DNA of 24,000 bases from Aestuariivirga sp. (GTDB taxonomy: Bacteria > Pseudomonadota > Alphaproteobacteria > Rhizobiales > Aestuariivirgaceae): contig JAYWAB010000196.1 of NCBI GenBank assembly GCA_043782835.1, positions 2,019-26,018 of the forward strand. Direction: 5' to 3'. The notes under the pieces are model-generated. The model was not told the DNA's origin, did no database searches, and saw only the letters and a list, made by a program, of their open reading frames with translations. The position numbers and the translations under genes were made by a program. This document shows positions 1-7,634 of this stretch, piece after piece (the first letter of the stretch is position 1; each line of letters starts with the position of its first letter).

Positions 1-1215
1 TTTGTGAACCGAAAAAATGAAGTTGACCGTCGTGTCTTTGAACTTCTTTCTGAAAAATTCAAGCTATTCGAAGGTGTGTTTGGTGCCAGCGATGAGGTAT
101 TGGGCGCAATTGAGTCGGGCGTAGATTTTGAGAAGCGTATCAATGGCATTTACCAAAAGTGCCGCCAGCCCGATGAAATCAAGCTGGCATTTGATCAATT
201 GCAACTCGAGCTCAATCTCGAGATTAGCGCAGCGATGAATGAGACAAATCGTAAGCTGCTGGAAAATTTTGATGACGAGGTGCGCGATAAACTCAAAGTT
301 CGCGATGCGGATGCGAAAGTCTATCTTGATCGGTTCGAAAAGACATTGATGCGGATCACGCAACACGAACTTTCTGACCATGCAAATTTTATGAATGGTG
401 CGACCTTTAAATTGGAGTCACACCCGTCATGGACGCTGCCCACCCACGTCCCTCTTGGGCTTTACGAACTCCCACGCAGAACGGGCGAAGCACATTTCTA
501 CCGATTGACACACCCCTTAGGAGAGGCCGTCGTTTCGCGCGCCAAAGTCAGACAGCTCGAACCAGCGGAAGTCATTTTTGACTACAATGCCTATGAGGGC
601 ACGGTCGCAATACTCAAACCTTATGTAGGGCAGTCTGGGTGGATTGTTTGTACTCAGCTAAGTGTCGAGGCGCTAGACACTTCAGAAGATCACCTCTTAT
701 TGGTGGGCAGACAAGACTCTGCGCACGGTGGCGTTGACCTCCCGCCTGCTGTGATTGCCCGCATGTTGTCTCTTCCTGCAAAATCAGGAGCAAGTTGGAG
801 TTCTGCCGATGAAATTGAGAGCGATGCCCAACAACAGCTGAATAAGGCACAAGCAACTATTCAGGGCGAAATATCTGAGCGTAATGCGGCCTTCTTCTCG
901 ACCGAGGCTGACAAGCTGGATGGATGGGCGGATGATCTCAAGGTAGGTCTAGAGCGCGAAATCAAGGAAGTTGACCGGCTGATCAAAGAAGCGCGCAGAG
1001 CTGCAACAACAGCATTGAGCTTGGAGCAAAAGCTCGACATGCAGAAAAAAATAAAGGCGCTGGAAGCAACAAGGAACACCAAACGACGCAATCTATTTGA
1101 CGCTCAGGATGAAATCGAGAAGCAAAGGGCGGACTTGATTGCAAAGATTGAGGGCAAGCTTGAACAGCGAGTCGAAGTCAGCAAGTTATTTTCAATCCGA
1201 TGGAGGGTTCAGTGA
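1..1215 (+). CDS. C-terminal ~400 aa of a large SNF2/helicase-family protein (5' end outside window)
   Basis: The frame is open from nt 1, so the GTG at 4 is probably internal. The segment VDRRVFELLSEKFKLFEGVFGASDEVLGAIESGVDFEKRI, followed by a long charged coiled-coil tail (LEREIKEVDRLIKEARRAA...DAQDEIEKQRADLIAKIE), matches my recollection of the region after the helicase-C domain in bacterial SNF2-type helicases found beside mod/res genes. No ATPase motifs fall inside the window, so the family call is by recollection only. Confidence 0.55.
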   Translation, partial: FVNRKNEVDRRVFELLSEKFKLFEGVFGASDEVLGAIESGVDFEKRINGIYQKCRQPDEIKLAFDQLQLELNLEISAAMNETNRKLLENFDDEVRDKLKVRDADAKVYLDRFEKTLMRITQHELSDHANFMNGATFKLESHPSWTLPTHVPLGLYELPRRTGEAHFYRLTHPLGEAVVSRAKVRQLEPAEVIFDYNAYEGTVAILKPYVGQSGWIVCTQLSVEALDTSEDHLLLVGRQDSAHGGVDLPPAVIARMLSLPAKSGASWSSADEIESDAQQQLNKAQATIQGEISERNAAFFSTEADKLDGWADDLKVGLEREIKEVDRLIKEARRAATTALSLEQKLDMQKKIKALEATRNTKRRNLFDAQDEIEKQRADLIAKIEGKLEQRVEVSKLFSIRWRVQ

Positions 1216-1400
1216 CAAAATCTGGCAACACGCCATCACAATTGTTGGCGCAGAAATTTGCAGAAAAACTTGCGGCGAGTGGGCTAGTTCGAAAGGAAAA
1301 TCAGGACAAACTGGCTGAAAAAATTGCTGAAGGAAAGATGGCGATGGCCGACTGGCGACTTGAAATTGAACTGGCAGCAGGTGTTGGAGGTGCTAAATGA
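1200..1400 (+). CDS. small hypothetical protein (62-66 aa), helical/charged
   Basis: The ORF overlaps the upstream stop (1213-1215). Its stop overlaps the next ATG (ATGA at 1397-1400). The in-frame GTG at 1212 is preceded by GGAGGG (1202-1207) and forms a GTGA overlap with the upstream stop, so 1212 may be the true start. No recognisable domain. Confidence 0.45.
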   Translation: MEGSVTKSGNTPSQLLAQKFAEKLAASGLVRKENQDKLAEKIAEGKMAMADWRLEIELAAGVGGAK

Positions 1401-2545
1401 ATGCACCTGTGTCACTAAAAGCACTGACACTGAAATCCTTTCGCGGTTCCACGGCGACATTCAAGCTGGCCTTCGAGAAGGATCGAAAGCTCACTCTCGT
1501 TTATGGTGAGAATGGCTGCGGCAAAACCACAATCTGCGACGCATTTGAATTGCTGGCAGTGGAAAAAATTGGTTCTCTCGAAAACAAGGGAATGGGAGCT
1601 GGACTCGACAAGTACTGGCCTTCGGCTGGGCAGAAGCCGGAAGACCTAGAGATTCTTTTGGAAACTACAGCGGGCCACTGCGCTGGTCGCTTCGTCAACA
1701 AGAAGCTCACAATAAATCCTGCAAACGGCAAGCCGAAAATTGAGCTGCTGCGTCGCAAGCAAATTCTTGACCTGATTGAAGCACAGCCGAACAAGCGTTA
1801 CGAAGCGATAAAGGCGTTTATCGACATCGATCTGTTTGAGCAGTCGGAGAAAACGCTCCGAGAACTCGCAAAAAGCCTACCCGATGACAGCAAACGCGCC
1901 AAGGAACGGGAAGGTGAAAGTCTGACGACACTTGCTGGGTTTTTTGATGCTGCCGGCAAGCCTTCGGGCCACAATCCGGTATCGTGGGCAAAAGAATTGC
2001 TAAAGGCGACTGCGGAACAGTATGCGGCAGACATCGCAACAATAAAGAAGTTGTCCAGTCTTTTTGACGATCTTGAAAAGCTGCGGCAGCGAATTTCTGA
2101 CAGTTCACAAGAGGCATTCCAGTGCGCCGCTCAGCTGAAGGATGCCGAGACAGCCGTCGAAATTGCATTGGAAGCCTCCAAAGGTACTGGTGACGGCGAG
2201 TTGCTGGCACTGTTCGATGCGGGTCGCCACTACCTTGAAAAGCATCCTGATCATTCTGCATGTCCGTTGTGTGATAGTGCGGAGAAAATTGGGGGCCTAT
2301 TAGACCGCATTCAGTCAGGTTTGGGTTTGCTTGCCGAAGTCAATAAGGCAACCCAAACGCGGAGAGGTGCTCAGACCAAAGTCGATCAGGCGAACACGCT
2401 GTCCAACGGTGTGCAACTTGAATTTGCCAAGAAGCGGGTACAACGCTCAATAAGGCATTCGCCTCGCACAAGCGAATTCCAGAAAAGGTCCTTAAGAAAG
2501 AATTGGGCGATGAATATGAAGCTGAAATATCAGGCTTTGTTCTAG
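1397..2545 (+). CDS. SMC/Rad50-like (AAA_13/15/23-type) ATPase, N-terminal half only; apparently truncated or frameshifted
   Basis: GGAGG at 1386-1390 lies before the ATG at 1397. The N-terminus LKALTLKSFRGSTATF...LTLVYGENGCGKTTICDAFELL carries a Walker A motif (nt 1505-1531). A long alanine/charged helical region follows, then a CPLC motif (nt 2261-2272) resembling a Rad50/RloC zinc hook. No Walker B, ABC signature or D-loop follows. The last ~35 codons (RVQRSIRHSPRTSEFQKRSLRKNWAMNMKLKYQALF) look like out-of-frame sequence. Confidence 0.6.
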   Translation: MNAPVSLKALTLKSFRGSTATFKLAFEKDRKLTLVYGENGCGKTTICDAFELLAVEKIGSLENKGMGAGLDKYWPSAGQKPEDLEILLETTAGHCAGRFVNKKLTINPANGKPKIELLRRKQILDLIEAQPNKRYEAIKAFIDIDLFEQSEKTLRELAKSLPDDSKRAKEREGESLTTLAGFFDAAGKPSGHNPVSWAKELLKATAEQYAADIATIKKLSSLFDDLEKLRQRISDSSQEAFQCAAQLKDAETAVEIALEASKGTGDGELLALFDAGRHYLEKHPDHSACPLCDSAEKIGGLLDRIQSGLGLLAEVNKATQTRRGAQTKVDQANTLSNGVQLEFAKKRVQRSIRHSPRTSEFQKRSLRKNWAMNMKLKYQALF

Positions 2546-3561
2546 AAAACGCGAAGTCTGTGATTCAGCTCGCTAGACCAGACTACAACGCCGTTAGTGC
2601 TGCTGCCCGACTGGTCATTGATGAATCTCGAAAGCGCCCCACAGAAATACTCAAGCTTGAGAGGCTTGGACTTTCTGACATGTTATTCTTGGGGGGCCAG
2701 CGAATTCTGTTCTACTCAGACAAACTCAAGCTTGTTGACGGCGAATATGTTGCAGGAGAACCGTTGACTAGTATCTGGGAAGATATTCTTTCCAATAACT
2801 TACACAACGAAGGTGGCATGGAGTTTCCAAAAGGAAAGAAGCCAGAAGCGTTGATAAAACGTTGCATGGAACTTTCCACCGAAAAAGGTGACCTTATTCT
2901 AGATTCATTTGGCGGTTCTGGCACCACAGGCGCAGTTGCCCATAAGATGGGCCGTCGTTGGGTTATGGTGGAATTGGGTGAGCATTGCCATACGCACATC
3001 ATACCGCGCCTGAAAAAAGTGATTGATGGTGTCGACAAGGGTGGCGTGACCGAAGCCACGGACTGGAAGGGCGGTGGCGGCTTCCGCTATTTCAAGCTTG
3101 CACCGTCATTGCTGGAGAGGGATCGGTTTGGCCGAGACGTAATCAGCAAGGACTATAATGCCGCCATGCTCGCCGAGGCCATGTGCAAGCTGGAAGGTTT
3201 CACCTATCAACCCAGCGACACTCTCTATTGGAATCAAGGTTTTTCCTCCGAGCGGGATTTCATTTACGTCACCACGCAAACGCTTTCTGCTGATCAATTG
3301 GCTGATTTGAGCGAAGAAGTGGGCAGCGAACGTTCACTTCTGGTTTTGTGTTCTGCCTTTCGAGGCCATGTAAATTCGTGGCCCAATCTCACGGTTAAGA
3401 AGATACCTAACTCCGTTCGTAACAAATGCGAATGGGGCCATGATGACTATAGTTTGAATGTGCAAAACCTGCCGCAAGCGCCCGAAGTACCAACCGAAAC
3501 GCTCTCATCCAAACGCGCCGCACCCAATCAGGACGACCTGTTCACTGACGGTGCGATATGA
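2503..3561 (+). CDS. Type III Mod-like (beta-class N6/N4) DNA methyltransferase, C-terminal portion only (lacks DPPY/NPPY motif IV half); likely pseudogene or fusion remnant
   Basis: Contains FPKGKKPEALIKRCMELSTEKGDLILDSFGGSGTTGAVAHKMGRRWVMVELGE, which includes AdoMet-binding motif I (nt 2903-2932), plus a conserved-looking C-terminal domain (GGGGFRYFKLAPSLLERD...). No (D/N)PPY motif occurs in this ORF or in any frame of 1397-2900 that I could see. The only starts are the TTG at 2503 or the ATG at 2680, and neither has a clear SD. The stop overlaps the res ATG (ATGA at 3558-3561). Confidence 0.65.
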   Translation: MGDEYEAEISGFVLENAKSVIQLARPDYNAVSAAARLVIDESRKRPTEILKLERLGLSDMLFLGGQRILFYSDKLKLVDGEYVAGEPLTSIWEDILSNNLHNEGGMEFPKGKKPEALIKRCMELSTEKGDLILDSFGGSGTTGAVAHKMGRRWVMVELGEHCHTHIIPRLKKVIDGVDKGGVTEATDWKGGGGFRYFKLAPSLLERDRFGRDVISKDYNAAMLAEAMCKLEGFTYQPSDTLYWNQGFSSERDFIYVTTQTLSADQLADLSEEVGSERSLLVLCSAFRGHVNSWPNLTVKKIPNSVRNKCEWGHDDYSLNVQNLPQAPEVPTETLSSKRAAPNQDDLFTDGAI

Positions 3562-6215
3562 CTGAGCGCATCGCCAATGGCATCGCCGGACGCTTGAGCC
3601 TGCGCCCACCGCAGCAACAATCCCTCGATATTCTTCAGCGCATCACCGAGATTGCTCCGCCGCAAAAAAACATCGACATTGACGCGGCATTGGCCGCCAT
3701 CGCCAAAGAATATCCCAGCGTTACCAGCTTTGAGCGCGAATTCCTTTCGCTCTGCTTTGCCTTGGCCACAGGTGTTGGCAAGACACGGTTGATGGGCGCA
3801 TTCATTGCTTACCTCCACAATGCCCACGGCTTTCGCAACTTCTTCGTGCTGGCCCCAAATCTGACGATCTATGGCAAGCTGATTGGCGACTTCACGCAGA
3901 ACAACCCGAAATATGTTCTGAAGGGTATCCAGGAATTTGCCATTTCGCCGCCTGTGATCACCACGGGCGACAACTTCGAACGCCATCTTGCCAGCGGTGG
4001 CAGCTTGTTCCCGACCACAATCAACATCTTCAACATTTCCAAGATCAATTCCGAAGTGCGCGGCGGGCGTTCACCCAAAATGCGCAGCTTCCGAGAGGAA
4101 ATTGGCGAAAGCTATTTCGATTATCTGGCAGGGCTTGATGACCTTGTGTTGATCATGGACGAGTCTCATCGCTATCGCGCTTCTGCCGGTATCCGCGCCA
4201 TCAATGAGCTTAAGCCCGTGCTGGGACTGGAACTGACAGCCACGCCATTTGTGGAATCCACTAGAGGGCCAATGCCTTTCCAAAATGTGATTTATGATTA
4301 TCCATTGCGTCGCGCCATGGAAGACGGATTTGTGAAGGAACCAGCCGTTGTCACCCGCGAAAATTTCGTGAGCATTGGCAAGTCGCCGGAGACTATTCAA
4401 GAGATCAAGCTGCAAGACGGCGTTCGCCTGCATGAAAGTGTGAAGGTGGAGCTTGAAACCTATGCCCGCAATTCGGGTGAGCGGATCGTCAAGCCCTTCA
4501 TGCTGATTATCGCTCGAGACACAACTCACGCCGCTGAACTTCTTGCCATCATCAAGAGCAAGGATTTCTTCGAAGGCCGCTATGCCGAAAAGGTAATCCA
4601 AGTCGATTCAACGACCAAGGAAGAGGAAACGATTGAGCGGCTACTCAAAGTCGAACACTCGGACGAGCCAACGGAAATCGTTATCCATGTGAACATGCTA
4701 AAAGAAGGTTGGGATGTGACCAACCTCTACACCATCGTTCCCTTGCGTGCCGCCAATGCGCGGACGTTGATTGAACAGTCCATTGGGCGCGGCCTTCGCC
4801 TGCCTTATGGCAAGCGCACAGGCGTCGAGGCCGTAGACACATTGAGTATCGTGGCCCATGACCGCTTTCAGGAGATTGTGGACGAAGCGCGGAAGCCCGA
4901 CTCCATCATACAAATGAAGACGATCATCCTGAAGGATGACGCAGCGGCAGAAAATCCGACGACTGTTGTTTCCAATCCGAAACTGTTGGATGATTTTGGA
5001 CTGGGGACAGAAAGTTCTCACGGTTCACTCCAAGAAGGTTCAACGCCACCAATCTTCAATCTCGAAGAACAAAAAATCGCGCAGTTGGCCTATGAGGAAA
5101 TCCGTAAGCTTGAAACGCTGCCCAGCTCCAGAGAGTTGAGCAATCCGGAACAACAGGCAAAGATCATAGAAGCTGTGCAAAGCCGCTGGCAGGTTCCGCA
5201 GTTGGAACTGGATGGCATCGTGACTAAGCCTGATTTCTCACGGATTGTAGCGAGATCAGTTGAGCTTGTGCAGAGACAGACAATTGATATTCCGCGCATT
5301 CTAGTCGTGCCACGCGGCGAAGTGAAGGCGGGCTTCAAGCCGTTCAAGTTGGATTTGCGCGGGTTGAATTACGAAGTCCCAGATCAAACGCTGCTTTCAC
5401 AAACCTTGCGGACAGGTGAAATCAGCAGGATCAGTTCAACGGTTGGCAACGTCAACGAAACGCGTCTCGAAGATTTCATCGTAAGTGGCCTGATAGACTT
5501 CGATGATGTGGCCTATGATGAACATGCCGAGCTTCTCTATGAACTCGCCGGTCAAGTCACAAGCCACTTTGTTTCTCGGCATACTGAAAGCGGCGCACGC
5601 AAGATTCTACAAGTCTATCGCAAGGAAATTTCCAAATTTGTCCACGCGCAGATGCAACAGCATTATCTTGCCGATGGAAGTGTCGAATATGATGTGAAAG
5701 TGTCGCGAGGCTTCACGGCGCTCAAGCAAAGTGCATACACCGCGAATGTCGGAGATACGTTAGATTTCCGAACCTCACCGACCGATAAGAGCAACATGGC
5801 GCGGTATGTCTTTTCAGGATTTAAAAAGTGCCTTTATGACTTCCAGAAATTCCAGTCTGATGCCGAGCGAAGGCTTGCCATCATTCTCGACCGTGAAACT
5901 GAGAAGTGGTTCAAGCCCGCCAAGGATCAATTCCAGCTCTACTATCGGCGCGGAATGGATGACATTCCGTACCAGCCGGATTTTGTCGCCGAATCAAAGT
6001 CGGGCATATCCATGTTGGAACCAAAGTCGACGGCAGAGCTGGATGATCTGGAAGCCAGGGCGAAAAAAGACGTGGCAATGACATGGTGCGGCCACGCCTC
6101 TGCTCATGCAAAATCGCATGGTGGGAAGGCTTGGACCTATGCGGTTATTCCTCACAATGTCATCGCGGAAAACATGACACTGGACGGGCTGGTGAAGGCC
6201 TATTCTACAGTTTGA
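3558..6215 (+). CDS. res: Type III restriction endonuclease Res-like subunit (SF2 DEAD/DEAH helicase plus C-terminal PD-(D/E)xK nuclease)
   Basis: 885 aa. Motif I is ALATGVGKTR (nt 3771-3785). Motif II is LIMDESHR (DESH at nt 4158-4169). A late helicase motif reads EGWDVTNLYTIVPLR...QSIGRGLR. The C-terminal YQPDFVAE...MLEPK (nt 5976-6026) fits a PD...ExK nuclease core. The gene is translationally coupled to the upstream mod fragment. Confidence 0.85.
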   Translation: MTERIANGIAGRLSLRPPQQQSLDILQRITEIAPPQKNIDIDAALAAIAKEYPSVTSFEREFLSLCFALATGVGKTRLMGAFIAYLHNAHGFRNFFVLAPNLTIYGKLIGDFTQNNPKYVLKGIQEFAISPPVITTGDNFERHLASGGSLFPTTINIFNISKINSEVRGGRSPKMRSFREEIGESYFDYLAGLDDLVLIMDESHRYRASAGIRAINELKPVLGLELTATPFVESTRGPMPFQNVIYDYPLRRAMEDGFVKEPAVVTRENFVSIGKSPETIQEIKLQDGVRLHESVKVELETYARNSGERIVKPFMLIIARDTTHAAELLAIIKSKDFFEGRYAEKVIQVDSTTKEEETIERLLKVEHSDEPTEIVIHVNMLKEGWDVTNLYTIVPLRAANARTLIEQSIGRGLRLPYGKRTGVEAVDTLSIVAHDRFQEIVDEARKPDSIIQMKTIILKDDAAAENPTTVVSNPKLLDDFGLGTESSHGSLQEGSTPPIFNLEEQKIAQLAYEEIRKLETLPSSRELSNPEQQAKIIEAVQSRWQVPQLELDGIVTKPDFSRIVARSVELVQRQTIDIPRILVVPRGEVKAGFKPFKLDLRGLNYEVPDQTLLSQTLRTGEISRISSTVGNVNETRLEDFIVSGLIDFDDVAYDEHAELLYELAGQVTSHFVSRHTESGARKILQVYRKEISKFVHAQMQQHYLADGSVEYDVKVSRGFTALKQSAYTANVGDTLDFRTSPTDKSNMARYVFSGFKKCLYDFQKFQSDAERRLAIILDRETEKWFKPAKDQFQLYYRRGMDDIPYQPDFVAESKSGISMLEPKSTAELDDLEARAKKDVAMTWCGHASAHAKSHGGKAWTYAVIPHNVIAENMTLDGLVKAYSTV

Positions 6216-6277
6216 CATTGTATTGATTGGTACATGCACAAAAGGGGGAAGTGGTTACTTCAATTCTGCCATGCCAC

Positions 6278-6568
6278 CTAGTTGCTGCCAGATAGGTGTT
6301 TCCGCACTCGCCGCCATTTGCCCTGCTCGTAGGTGTCAGACCGATACCACGCATTCTGTTCCTCAGTGAATGCCGCCTCCGCCGGATCGGCCGGATGGCT
6401 TCGCCTCAGTTCACCTGCCAATCGTTCAATCTCGACCTTGGGTATGAGCAGTGGCCGAATGTAAAGTTCATTGAGGAACCAAATGAGAGTTCCCCAGATT
6501 GGGGCAGTGCAAATGACAACTAAACCCCACCACCAATCGTGCCAACCCATGTGCTGTATTCCCTGCAT
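6278..6568 (-). CDS. small hypothetical membrane protein (one predicted TM helix)
   Basis: 96 aa. A Trp-rich hydrophobic segment, WHDWWWGLVVICTAPIWGTLIWFL, is followed by a charged tail. The gene is divergent from the XRE gene. No recognisable domain. An alternative start at Met7 is possible. Confidence 0.4.
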   Translation of the reverse strand: MQGIQHMGWHDWWWGLVVICTAPIWGTLIWFLNELYIRPLLIPKVEIERLAGELRRSHPADPAEAAFTEEQNAWYRSDTYEQGKWRRVRKHLSGSN

Positions 6569-6586
6569 TATCTGAATTTAAGATAA
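6568..6586. repeat. inverted repeat TTATCT-N7-AGATAA in the divergent intergenic region; possible operator
   Basis: Perfect 6-bp arms (6568-6573 and 6581-6586). The repeat abuts the start codon of the minus-strand ORF and lies 47 nt upstream of the XRE start. Its function is inferred only. Confidence 0.3.
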
Positions 6587-6632
6587 GCTGAAAATCAGAT
6601 TACCGAAAGCCCATTGATCAGGCGGGCATTAG

Positions 6633-6872
6633 GTGAACAAGACACTGGGTTCAAAACGGCACGTGGCGCTCATCGCGTTTCTGAAAGACAGGCGAAAGGC
6701 GGCTGGCTTGTCACAAGAAGAGCTGGCAGAGCACATGGGAGAGTATCAGTCATTCGTGGCGCGCATGGAAAGCGGTCAGCGGCGAGTGGACGTGGTGGAG
6801 TTCATTGCCCTCGCAGAGGTCTTGAATTTTAATGCCGCAAAGGCCTTGGCGAATATCGCCAAGGCCGAATAG
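6633..6872 (+). CDS. XRE/Cro-C1 family helix-turn-helix transcriptional regulator
   Basis: 79 aa with a GTG start. LKDRRKAAGLSQEELAEHMGEYQSFVARMESGQRRVDVVEFIALAEVL is a typical HTH_3 pattern (GLSQxELA...ESGxR). Confidence 0.75.
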   Translation: MNKTLGSKRHVALIAFLKDRRKAAGLSQEELAEHMGEYQSFVARMESGQRRVDVVEFIALAEVLNFNAAKALANIAKAE

Positions 6873-6970
6873 TGAAAGTCAGTTGCGGCCGGGGACCTTG
6901 CACGGAGGCAAATGTGCTTAAGGCTCTGCCAGCCGCGCTATACTGGGTCGCTTCATGACCTCAGAGGCAG

Positions 6971-7402
6971 TCAGGCTCGGGCGCTAAAAACCCGCACGCG
7001 CGATACTGCGTCAAGTTGCTTGTACAGATAAAACAGACACTGGCGATAGTTGAACGTCACAGTAGTTTCTTCGCCTTCGTCGTCGATATACTCCGCAGCG
7101 AATGTCCTCCCACCATATCCCACTCGGATGACCCGAAAACAACTAGGGTTTCGGTGAACCGAAAACATCATGCGCTGCACTGACGCGTTGTAAAGTGCCA
7201 ACATGGTTTCGCGACTTGGGTCATCTTCGTATGCCTCCAGTCCGTCACCAGCAAACCGGCGATCTTCATCGAGTTCAAGCAAGAAGCTGGCGAATGTATC
7301 GTCAGCGCCATCAAAACAATCGAAGCTCAGTTCTCCGATAAATAAGTCATCTTCATTCGGGTCATCTTCAGCGAAATTACTTTCAATAAAATTTTCTTCC
7401 AT
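6971..7402 (-). CDS. hypothetical protein with extremely acidic N-terminal half
   Basis: 143 aa. ATG at 7402-7400 with the purine-rich SD region AAGGTAAGAAGGTAAG upstream on the minus strand. The N-terminal ~75 aa are rich in D/E (MEENFIESNFAEDDPNEDDLFIGELSFDCFDGADD...LELDEDRRF...EAYEDD). The gene is divergent from the integrase. Confidence 0.5.
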   Translation of the reverse strand: MEENFIESNFAEDDPNEDDLFIGELSFDCFDGADDTFASFLLELDEDRRFAGDGLEAYEDDPSRETMLALYNASVQRMMFSVHRNPSCFRVIRVGYGGRTFAAEYIDDEGEETTVTFNYRQCLFYLYKQLDAVSRVRVFSARA

Positions 7403-7634
7403 GCTGCTTACCTTCTTACCTTACTGTTGAGTGAGCCGATCCGCTTGGACGTGCTTGCGTCACAACGTCGACAGACACATCGTACTTTCATGCGCCACGC
7501 TGGCGCAAGTTTGGACAGCAGCACGCATCGCAGAATTCAATGCCAAACGAGGACATATGATCCGTGGACTGATGAATATGCTTTCTTTTGGATGCAGTGC
7601 AGTTATTTCGAGTGTCGAAAGGGAGCCTTGAGCC

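Noticed and set aside
2426-2440. Programmed -1 ribosomal frameshift joining the ATPase and Mod frames
   Set aside because: The sequence GCCAAGAAGCGGGTA contains no canonical X XXY YYZ slippery heptamer. I see no obvious downstream stimulatory structure. A mutation, deletion or sequencing error is more parsimonious.
2691-2696. G6 homopolymer in the mod fragment as a possible phase-variation tract, as seen in many Type III mod genes
   Set aside because: Six residues is shorter than tracts generally associated with slipped-strand phase variation. No other simple-sequence repeat is visible in mod.
3528-4601. Antisense ORFs inside res (3528-3986 -, 152 aa; 4071-4601 -, 176 aa)
   Set aside because: They are embedded in a gene with contiguous helicase motifs on the plus strand. 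They have no features of their own.
6614-6832. 72-aa ORF overlapping the XRE gene in another frame
   Set aside because: Its sequence is Gly/Arg-rich and nonsense-like, while the overlapping frame has a clear HTH_3 pattern.
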